NCBI GenBank assembly: GCA_032718475.1
Contig: JAUCBJ010003814.1
Span: 1-37,087 of the forward strand
Source: Nemertoderma westbladi
Taxonomy: Eukaryota > Animalia > Xenacoelomorpha
Direction: 5' to 3'
DNA: 37,087 nt
Position 1 is the first letter of the stretch. Every line of letters begins with the position of its first letter. Under the pieces are notes generated by a model. That model ran no database searches. It worked only from the letters and a program-made list of their open reading frames with translations, and had not been told where the DNA came from. Positions 23,065-33,012 of this stretch are shown piece by piece. Made by a program: the position numbers and the translations under genes.

Positions 23065-23870
23065 AGAGATCTGATTTCCAGATGGTATCCATTTTTGATA
23101 GAGCTACCCAAGCCTTTGCTTTCCTAACTTCTATGTCATTTTTACTACTCTCTATCCATGATCCAAGGTACTGGAAGTCGTCGAACTTCCTTAGTGTTGA
23201 TTATTATCAATGGTTGTCAAGTTTCCATCAACATTAAAGGTCATGAATTCGGTCTTGGTAGCATTTAATGCAATCCAACCTCCTTAGCAGCCCTCTCCAC
23301 TTTATTTAGTAGAAGCTGTGCATCTGCTAGCGTATTAGAGAGCAGGGCGATGACATCCGCAAAGTCGGTGTCTGTGACTGAAGTTGCCGGATATCTACTA
23401 CTTCTGCGTTCTTGAAGTGTGAATCCCAGATCTTCACCCATTGTGGCCGTCCTCATTGCGTAATCCAGCACAATTACAAATAGTAATGGTGCTAATGTGT
23501 CACCTTGCAGTACGCCAGCCAGGATTGAGAAAAACTCAGTTTACCATCTGGTGAGAGTACCTGCGCTTCTGTGTCACAATCTAACAATCCAATGCCAGCA
23601 ACAATTACTTCTGGTATTCCATAAGCTCTTAGGATTTCAAGCATTATACCGCTATGGATGGAGTCGAATGCCTTCTTGAAGTCCACAAAAGTCATGACTG
23701 CGGGGAGATTCTTTGACTTAATTCCTTCAATCAGTCTCCGTAGTGCAAGTATCTGAGCTATTGTTGATCTACTTGGTCGAAATCCGTTTTGGCTCTTACG
23801 CAGTAGTTTTTCTATGTAAGGCCTAATCCTATATAGAATCATATTATTGTATATTTTGGCAGCTACCACA
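23065..23870 (-). mobile_element. RTE-clade LINE, 5' (RT) portion, 5'-truncated and frameshifted
   Basis: AAKIYN...SQNGFRPSRSTIAQILALRRLIEG, FVDFKKAFDSIH, TDTDFADVIALLS (YADD-equivalent FADD degenerated to FADV), [16 protein letters not shown], which continues into SRHLKTKFF beyond the nested insertion. Confidence 0.9.
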
Positions 23871-23911
23871 AGCAGAGGGTCCAAAATCCAACGTCCAAAA
23901 TTCCACATATG

Positions 23912-24789
23912 TAAATTTTATTTAATTAATACATACACCCCCAAGCGGGGTAAATCGGTACCGATTAAAACGTGTAAAAATATTCATTCTTTTATGTATT
24001 AATCTCAATAATTAATATTCATTGTTCTTATTCTTATTCATACATAATGTTCATTCATAAAAATAGTATAAAATGAATATCTTAAAGGTTAGATAAGGCA
24101 GATAGGGAGGGACATTGCGAGCAACTAAAGGCGTGGTATCTATCATCGGCGGTGCGGGGGGGGGGGGGGAGATGTGTTATCGCAAAGTTTGTGGTGAAAA
24201 CCATGAGAAGTCACCCTGGTGATTAGATGGCGGTTTTGCTGTTTACATAGTTTCCATGTTGTAGTTGTGAATGCGGGACCTAACTGATATTGTTCGAATA
24301 GGAAGTTGGTGTGGCGTTCTTGTCTGCATATATCTTGTCCTGTCATATTGTTCTAGAATAATGCTTGAGTTAATATGTTGGAGAGTTTGATTCTTATATC
24401 ATTGATAAAAGTTCGTGAGTCAGTCAGTTTTATTGCGTGTGTTGATGAAGCTGAAATGGAGTCCAAGAAGGCGTTTTAAGAATATGAATTTGATTTTATC
24501 GATCTCTTTAAGGTTGGCGAGTAAAAGCAGATGGGCGAATTCGGTGAGAGCATAAGTTACCATTGGGGCCATTTTCATGTTAAATATTTTTAATCCTGTT
24601 TCCACAGAGACAAGTTGGAGGTTGTTTAGCGATCCAATGATAGCATAGGCAGTTTCTTTCTTAGCTGTAATATGTTTAGAGAAGGATAAACTGGGCTGTA
24701 TAGTAAAACTCCGAGGTACTCGTATTTATTGCAAAGAGCTACTGGTTTCCCATCGTATATGTAAATTTATCGCATTGAGGGAGCCGACC
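23912..24789 (-). mobile_element. 3' part of a diverged second LINE related to the element at 1-2410
   Basis: ETGLKIFNMKMAPMVTYALTEF...LKEIDKIKFIFLKRLLGLH and EQYQLGPAF...HLITRVTSHGFHHKLC align with the 122-1072 protein. It has the same 3'-terminal ACCCC/GGGGT hairpin. Confidence 0.88.
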
Positions 24790-24898
<109 letters not shown>

Positions 24899-25694
24899 AA
24901 AAGTTACAGGAACAAGAAAGTTCAGATCTTATAGGGTCCCATAAATCACGATATGTACGCGGAAATTAAACTTTATAAATATAAGAATTACTCAAACATT
25001 TAAACAACACAATAAGGTAGAATGCAACATACATTTAGCATTTACGGCATGTCTCCATAGTACAATAAAATGGCGCAATGTAAATAAAAGTTTATATATC
25101 ACCGTGGACTATCTAGATAAAATAGATAAAAATTAATGGCGTAAAAGAAATCTATACGGTGTTAACAGAATAAGATTATTGGCTATATAATGTACAACGC
25201 AGTGGCAGATAAATAATTAAAGTGGGATTGCACAACATGTGAGTAAAATAGAACAACTGGGAACTGTGATTCCGGAATGTGTGACAGCATAACAATACGA
25301 TATACATACATTGTATAACTACTGGAAAATTAAATAAAATAGGTACAGTAGTAAAGTAAAACAGTACAAATTTCTTTAAAAAAAAGGTAAGAACAACAAC
25401 TGAGATGTAAAATTAAATAAAACAGGTACTATAAAACGGTACAAATTCATAAAGATAACAGATTAATGCATAACGGATTACATAGCATGCGAGTAAAAAT
25501 AGGGCAACTGGGAAAATACGATTATACATTTTTTAACCAATGGGAATATTAAATAAAATAAGTTGTAAAGTAAAACGGTACAAATTAAATAAAAAAAAGC
25601 TGTAAAAAAAACTGAAGTTAAAATAAGATTAATAAAATATACGGCTAAATAAGATTTACAGTAATTATGAGTTAGATAGATTATGTGAACAAGT

Positions 25695-27278
25695 GGATTA
25701 GATTAGATTAATTCCACCAGGATGGGTAGAACTTAGTAGCAGAGTTGTAATGGTCATTTAAGTTCGATTTGAATATATTCACACTTAGGGAAGTACCAAC
25801 CACATCAGGAAGAGCATTCCAGGGAGATATGACTCGGAAGTGGGACGAATCGGCCCGGATTTCAGACGGACGGTCGGTTTGGTGAGTTTTAAAGAGTTAC
25901 CGCGACAGACAGTTGACGATAAGGAGAAGAAACTCTGCCAATCGACAGCATCAACACTCGGGAGAACGTCGGTATTCCAGAGTAGGTAGTCCCAAGCGAC
26001 GCAATCGGTCCGGATATGGAAGGTCACGAAGGCCCGCTACCAAACGGGTAGCCCGACGTTGAACAGACTCAAGTAGGCGGATTTCTCCTACAAGGCTGGG
26101 TGACCAAACTGGAGATGCGTATTCCACACAAGGACGGACGAAGTGACTTATAGAGACTAATGAACATGTCTTCATTGAGGTGATTAAAGCTTCTATATAC
26201 TAGCCCCAGAACCTTATTTGCCTTCTTCACGATAGTGGCTATGTGCAATGAGAACTGGAGAGAATCATCTAAGTTCACACCCAAGTCTTTATCTGTTTCG
26301 GTTGTCTCCAGTGTGTGTGACCCGAGGGTGTAAGTGTACCTGGGGTTGGAGCGACCAATATCTAAGTTCCATCTAAGTTCCTTCCTCTGTTTCGGTTGTC
26401 TCCAGTGTGTGTGACCCGAGGGTGTAAGTGTACCTGGGGTTGGAGCGACCAATATCTAAGTTCCATCTAAGTTCCTTCCTCTGTTTCGGTTGTCTCCAGT
26501 GTGTGTGACCCGAGGGTGTAAGTGTACCTGGGGTTGGAGCGACCAATATGCATTACCATGCATTTCTTATGATTAAATAATAATTGCCAGGTCTTGCTCC
26601 ACCAATCCAATATATCTAGATCACTTTGCAGGGGTCCCACGGAGAGTTTAATAGAGGGATCCACTACAACAGAGTCTTTTAAGTCATCAGCGAACAAGTA
26701 TGCCAAATGCCCTAGGAGTGCAGGAATGTCGTCTACAAATCCCAAGAAAAATAGTACCCCATCGACACTTCCTTGGGGAACCACACTATGTGTTCACCAC
26801 CAATTACTACTCGTTGGTATCTACCAGATAAAAACGAACTAATCCACTTCAAAAGGTTGCCAGCTATCCCCAATGAATTCTATTTGAGGAGTAGACGTTG
26901 ATGTGGGACAGAATCAAACGCTTTACGAAAGTCTAAAAAGGCAACATCAGTACATTGTCGGTCATCAAGGACCCTTATACCAGTTAAATATAACAGATGC
27001 TATGTTGCGCTCCATAAGCTTACACACAACTGAGGTTAAGCTAATCTGCCGGTAGTTTTCTGTATCATATTTCTTTCCATTCTTGAACTGCGGAGATACA
27101 TTTGCCAATTCCCATTCTGCTGGAACTATACCTTCATCCATAGACTTTTGGCATAGAATAGAAAGAGGATGGGCGACGGAATCAGCAAGTTCCTTTATGA
27201 CCTGTGGATATATGGAATCAGGGCCAGGGGCACTGGGACATTTCATTTCCTGTATGGCTTTTTTGACTGATTGTGACT
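25695..27278 (-). mobile_element. Degenerate 5'-truncated CR1-clade LINE with a short (TCTAA)n tail
   Basis: SAPGPDSIYPQVIKELA...ENYRQISLTSVVCKLME, VPQGSV, LFADDLK, WQLLFNHKKC, DKDLGV, VRPCVEYASPVWSP...LESVQRRATRLV, LGLPTLEYRR. Has frameshifts and an internal deletion. The + strand shows GATTAGATTAGATTA at ~25696-25710. Confidence 0.9.
26293..26549. repeat. Triplicated 69-bp segment (94-bp period) inside the CR1 element
   Basis: CTGTTTCGGTTGTCTCC...GCGACCAATAT starts at 26293, 26387 and 26481, separated by an identical 25-bp filler. Confidence 0.95.
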
Positions 27279-27830
27279 GTTTAGAGCATCCTGAATATCT
27301 TTAGGGTTTGAGGAGTAAAATGCGAGGTCGGTGGCGTAGAAGATCGCGATTATGTAATCCACAGTTCGTCGTAGGGCTGCTGGCAGGTCAGCGATATAAA
27401 TTATGAAACAGGTCGGAGATAGACAGTCTCCTTGTAGAAAACCAATTACTTGTTTTATCATATTTGATAGGCGAAGGCCGTCGAAGATTCTGACATAATT
27501 ATCTCTTAGAATATCCTTGATGATATTATGCTTTACCGCTAACTCCAAATAATTTGTATAGTTTGTACAGAAACATTTTCCTGGTGACAGTCGAATGCCT
27601 TCTTCTACAAACCCGACGTCAACTTTCCTGTTAGAGTTTAACATTGTGGATGTCGGTGAGTAGTAAGTTAACTGCATCTTTGGTAGACTTCCCCCTCCCC
27701 GACGTAAAACTGAACTGCTCAATGGGTATTTACGATATAATTGTGTTTATAAGCCGCTTGTTTATTATTTTTGAAAACAACACTAAGGAGGGATATTCCG
27801 CGGTAGTTATCAGGATCCGATAAATTTTAT
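27279..27830 (-). mobile_element. RT-core fragment of the same LINE family as 1-2410, probably the 5' part of the copy at 23912-24789
   Basis: DPDNYRGISLLSV (~27781-27820) and IFDGLRLSNMIKQVIGFLQGDCLSPTCFIIYIADLPAALRR...FYATDLAFYSSNPKDIQDALN match the first element. The catalytic YADD is mutated to YATD. Confidence 0.88.
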
Positions 27831-28075
27831 TTACACATCAATACGTAAATAAATTATCGCTATTAGAGCAGGGACTTCAGAACTTAATAATTAGAAGACC
27901 GACCGGTGGATTATCGTTGGATGCAGTCCACCAAACTGTTTTGTGTATAATCTTTACTTACCATTTATTGGTTATGTATGAAATTAAATTAAATAAAACA
28001 ATTAATATATATAAGTAAATAAATCTAAGGATGCGTGTTGTTATTTTATTATTTATTCCCTCTGTTTATTACCAG

Positions 28076-28309
28076 AACGGCCATCCAACTGACCCCAATG
28101 TGTCCGGTATAGAAGGCATTGTCCAGGCCTACCAACGCAGTCTCCAGACTGTCCATCTATCCGGCCCCACTCACTTCGCTCCCGTTATAAACAACCTGGT
28201 CTCGAGATGCGAGTATCCTCCACCCACCGGTTCCAGTTATCACATTCTTCTAATAATCACCGACGGGGTCATTAGTGATACCGAAGATACAGTCGCAGCC
28301 GTTGTCAAG
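28076..28309 (+). CDS. CPNE: Copine coding exon (vWA core)
   Basis: NGHPTDPNVSGIEGIVQAYQRSLQTVHLSGPTHFAPVIN...YHILLIITDGVISDTEDTVAAVVK. Acceptor TTTATTACCAG ends at 28075, donor GT at 28310. Phase 0 at both ends, compatible with the neighbouring exons. Confidence 0.93.
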
Positions 28310-28405
28310 GTTATCATGATTATATTAATTATTATTCTAAAGTTTGACTTATTACAGTTTGCGGAATATCTTGTATGAAACAACAATAGTAGGTTCAGAG
28401 CCACC

Positions 28406-28705
28406 TTATTTTAACCAAAACAACAAACTCAAGTGAATATAACAGGTTACAGATTTATTTTCGCCAGTAATGAGCTGTTATTTTCTTCAATTGAGTTTTT
28501 ATTGCGTCGAAAGTTCCCCCCCCCCCCCCCCCCCCTGGAATGAAGATGCGAGTGTAAAACCACTTTAATTAAGTAAGTGGGGACAGTATTTTGCGCAGAA
28601 AGTAGCTTTATTCCAAAATTGTATTAAATTGTGACCTGGAAGTTCTGAATTTACTACTGTTATAGTTTTGGAATAAAACTACGTACACTTAATCTGTACT
28701 GCATA
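28406..28705. repeat. Dispersed repeat, copy 1 (homologous to ~36728-36903)
   Basis: TTATTTTAACCAAAACAACAAAC...AACAGGTTACAGATTTATTTTCGCCAGTAATGAGCTGTTATTTT matches TTATTCTAACCAAAACAATAAAC...AACAGGTTACAGTTTTATTTTTGGGAGTAATCAGCTATTATTT. Homology beyond the first ~90 bp is weak. Confidence 0.65.
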
Positions 28706-28940
28706 GTTAATAAAAAAAGTTAGTGTTACTCTGAAAACAAGTTTCTGTAGTTATTATTATACTATAACATTTACATATATTAATATGAATCAAGTTGTTG
28801 GATTATGTAACATAATAACTTGGTTGCCACGTAGCCAGGGTAACATGTGAAGTGATTAAAAATTATAGAGCCAAATTGCTTTTAATTTCGCGTCTTTTAC
28901 CCTAACTAAACTTTAATATAATCCTTTGTTTTCTTCTTAG

Positions 28941-28998
28941 GCTTCCACTTATCCCATATCAATTATCATAGTCGGAGTTGGTACAGCTGATTATTCAG
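28941..28998 (+). CDS. CPNE: Copine 58-bp coding exon (absent from the ORF track)
   Basis: Acceptor TTTGTTTTCTTCTTAG ends at 28940. Translates ASTYPISIIIVGVGTADYS+G, the copine P.SIIIVGVG motif. Donor GT at 28999, phase 1. Confidence 0.93.
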
Positions 28999-29285
28999 GT
29001 GGGACATGTAATATTGGCGACACAAATCTACATTTTAATCAGCTTGTCCAATTAATATATTTCAATCCCAAATCAACCGACCTCTCAATTAATTGCAAAT
29101 ATGTTTCTTTCCAATCAAAATGGTTACTTTAAGCCATAAGGTTACGGTTCGACATCCAAAAGTTATTCAACCAAAATTTATTTCCATTGATAAGTCCAAA
29201 ACTTAATATTAATCATTGAATGATAACATATGTACTGTTTGAACAACTTAATAAATCCCGGTGATACACAATAATATTGTTTTAG

Positions 29286-30325
29286 GAATGGAGATGTTGG
29301 ATGCTGATACGGAGCGTCTGAAAGACAGCGACGGTGTAACGGCCAACCGGGACATCGTGCAGTTCGTACCGTTACGGGAGTTTATGGTCGACGGCGAAAC
29401 GGAATCCCTCGACGTACAGAGTAAACTAGCGGAGGCGGTGTTAGCCGAGATACCCACCCAGGTTGAAACGTGGATGAGTCGGAATGCCATCGATCCGGAA
29501 GCAATCCGGAGCGCTCGGAAGGTGCCGGCAGTAAGTTCCGGGACTGAAGGACTCAGCCTACCGGTATCTGAAAACGTTGTAGTTGTTAACGGTTGTTCTT
29601 CTGATACCGTTGATAGTGCAGTACTTACAGGAGGTCATATAAACTCACAGCCCGTCCAACCTATACCTTGTCTAGAACAGCCAACACCTCGGTACGCGGC
29701 ACAATCAGATCCCGGACAACATTCAGCTCCTTACCCCGGACAGCAAACTGCACCTTATCCCGGACAGCAATCAGCACCTTATTCCGGACAGCAACCAGCT
29801 CCTTATCCCGGACAACAACCAGTTCCTTATCCCGGACACCAAACAGCACCTTACCCTGGACAGCAAACAGCACCTTATTCCGAACAGCAACCAGCTCCTT
29901 ATCCCGGACAGCAAACAGCACCTTATCCCGGACACCAAACAGCACCTTACCCTGGACAGCAAACAGCTCCTTATTCCGAACAGCAACCAGCTCCTTATCC
30001 CGGACAGCAAACAGCACCTTACCCCGGACAGCAACCAGCACCTTATCCCGGACAGCAAACAGCACCTTACCCCGGACAGCAACCAGCACCTTATCCCGGA
30101 CAGCAAACAGCAACTTACCCGGGACAGCAACCAGTACCTTATCCCGGACAACAACCAGCTCCTTACTCCGGACAGCAATCAGCACCTTACCCCGGACAGC
30201 AACCAACACCTTATCCCGTACAGCAATCAGCACCTTATCCCGGACAGCAATCAGCACCTTATCCCGGACAGCAATCAGCATCTTATCTCGGACAGCAAAC
30301 AGCACCTTACCCCGGACAGCAATAA
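29286..30325 (+). CDS. CPNE: Copine terminal coding exon: end of vWA domain, linker, then 25 x [S/T/P]APYPGQQ
   Basis: Acceptor TTGTTTTAG ends at 29285, phase 1 matching the previous exon. Encodes (G)MEMLDAD...ANRDIVQFVPLREF...LAEAVLAEIPTQVETWM. Stop TAA at 30323-30325. Confidence 0.9.
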
Positions 30326-30946
30326 GCACTTTATCCCTGACAGCAAACAGCACCTTTTCCCGGACAGCAATCATCACTTCATCCCTGACAGCAAACAGCA
30401 CCTTATCCCGGACAGCAATCAGTACCTTATCCCGGACAGCAATCAGCACCTTATCCCGGACAGCAATCAGCACCTTATCCCGGACAGCAACCAGCTCCTT
30501 ACCCTGGACAGCAATCAGCACCTTATCCCGGACAGCAATCAGCACCTTACCCCAGACAGCAACCAGCACCTTATCCCGGACAGCAATCAGCACCTTATCC
30601 CGGACAGCAATCAGCACCTTATCCCGGACAGCAATCAGCACCTTATCCCGGGCAGCAATCATCACCTTATCCCGGACAGCAAACATCCCCTTACCCCGGA
30701 CAGCAAACAGCACTTTATCCCTGAGAGCAAACAACACCTTATCCCGGACAGCAATCAGCACTTTATCCCTGACAGCAAACAGCACCTTATCCCGGACAGC
30801 AAACAGTACCTTATCCCGGACAGCAATCAGCACCTTATCCCGGACAGCAAACAGCACCTTACCCCGGACAGCAATCAGCACTTTATCCCTGACAGCAACC
30901 AGTACTTTATCCCGGACAGCAAACAGCACCTTATCCCGGACAATAA
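29723..30946 (+). repeat. 24-bp minisatellite, ~51 units, about half coding and half beyond the copine stop
   Basis: Unit (T/A/C)CAGCACCTTATCCCGGACAGCAA with no frame-shifting indels seen across the array. Confidence 0.97.
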
Positions 30947-31307
30947 CCAGTTTACTAACCTTAACAACCTCATACACCTAATATAACATATTCGGAGTAA
31001 GTAAACATACATTTTAGCTGTTATTTTCATTGCTTATTCATGTGTAAGACGTAGTTATTCAGGTGTTTGTACTGTAGCAGCTTCATTCATAGCCGTATTA
31101 TATCCATTATCAGGTTTTTAATTGGAGTGTAAGTTATAATACTATCATTGTGGATTTGTAGATACTGAAATCAATGACGTATATAATATTCGGTGCGTGT
31201 TATAGTAGATTATACATTAGTAGTATATCATTTACCTTAAACTTTATAAATTGTAATTAAAGCTGCGTATTGGATATTTGCAATGTGCAAGTTTAGTTTA
31301 TAACGTT

Positions 31308-32607
31308 CAGCCATAACTTATACATCCATAAGTTATACAGCCATAACTTATAGATCAATAAGTTATACAGCCATAACTTATACATCCATAAGTTATACAG
31401 CCATAACTTATACATCCATAAGTTATACAGCCATAACTTATAGATCAATAAGTTATACAGCCTAACAGCCATAACTTATACATCAATAAGTTATACAGCC
31501 TAACAGCCATAACTTATACATCAATAAGTTATACAGCCATAACTTATAGATCAATAAGTTATACAGTACAGCCATAACTTATACATCCATAAGTTATACA
31601 GCCATAACTTATACATCAATAAGTTATACAGCCTAACAGCCATAACTTATACATCCATAAGTTATACAGCCATAACTTATATATCAATAAGTTATACAGC
31701 CTAACAGCCATAACTTATACATCAATAAGTTATACAGCCTAACAGCCATAACTTATACATCAATAAGTTTTACAGCCATAACTTATACATCCATAAGTTA
31801 TACAGCCATAACGTATACATCCATAAGTTATACAGCCATAACTTATACATCAATAAGTTATACAGCCTAACAGCCATAACTTATACATCCATAAGTTATA
31901 CAGCCATAACTTATATATCAATAAGTTATACAGCCTAACAGCCATAACTTATACATCAATAAGTTATACAGCCTAACAGCCATAACTTATACATCAATAA
32001 GTTTTACAGCCATAACTTATACATCAATAAGTTATACAGCCTAACAGCCATAACTTATACATCCATAAGTTATACAGCCATAACTTATATATCAATAAGT
32101 TATACAGCCTAACAGCCATAACTTATACATCAATAAGTTATACAGCCTAACAGCCATAACTTATACATCAATAAGTTATACAGCCATAACTTATACATCA
32201 ATAAGTTATACAGCCTAACAGCCATAACTTATACATCCATAAGTTATGCAGCCATAACTTATACATCCATAAGTTATACAGCCATAACGTATACATCCAT
32301 AAGTTATACAGCCTAACAGCCATAATTTATACATCCATACTGTAAGTTATACAGCCTAACAGCCATAACGTATACATCAATAAGTTATACAGCCTAACAG
32401 CCATTACATATACATCCATAAGTTATACAGCCATAACTTATACATCAATAAGTTATACAGCCTAACAGCCAAAACTTATACATCCATAAGTTATACAGCG
32501 ATAACTTATACATCAATAAGTTATACAGCCTAACAGCCATAACTTATACATCCATAAGTTATACAGCCATAACTTATACATCCATAAGTTAAACAGCCAT
32601 AACTTAT
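31308..32607. repeat. Palindrome-containing tandem array, 30-bp unit made of two related 15-mers, with a 38-bp variant
   Basis: CAGCCATAACTTATACATC(C/A)ATAAGTTATA repeated, with an optional extra CAGCCTAA. ATAACTTAT and ATAAGTTAT are reverse complements. Confidence 0.97.
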
Positions 32608-32682
32608 GTTATAATTTAAGCCGGAATGTAGCCAGTGGAAATTGGAAACGTTGAAAGAAAGTACAGTATTTTCTCAGCCGAC

Positions 32683-33012
32683 GCCGACCTATTAAACGCA
32701 AACGGCGTTCCAGAGGCCGACCTATTAAACGCAAACGGCGTCCCAGAGGCCGACCTATTAAACGCAAACGGCGCCCCAGAGGCCGACCTATTAAACGCAA
32801 ACGGCGCCCCAGAGGCCGACCTATTAAACGCAAACGGCGTCCCAGATGCCGACCTATTAAACGCAAACGGCGCCCCAGAGGCCGACCTATTAAACGCAAA
32901 CGGCGCCCCAGAGGGCGACCTATTAAACGCAAACGGCGCCCCAGAGGCCGACCTATTAAACGCAAACGGCGCCCCAGAGGCCGACCTATTAAACGCAAAC
33001 GGCGCCCCAGAG
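32683..33012. repeat. 33-bp minisatellite x10
   Basis: GCCGACCTATTAAACGCAAACGGCGCCCCAGAG, 330 bp in total. Confidence 0.97.

Noticed and set aside
30338-30892. In-frame TGA codons as selenocysteine or a variant genetic code
   Set aside because: They lie after a TAA, replace Gly (GGA) codons within one amplified repeat variant, and no SECIS was recognised.
29661-30981. Long ORFs of 437 aa (+, SRTAISTL repeats) and 438 aa (-, AVRDKVL repeats)
   Set aside because: These are alternative frames of a 24-bp repeat that happens to lack stops. Only the PYPGQQ frame is continuous with the copine exon.
31308-32607. True loxP sites or vector contamination
   Set aside because: The arms lack the CGTATA part of the 13-bp loxP arm, the spacer is 6 rather than 8 bp, and a diverged 15-mer dimer explains the pattern.
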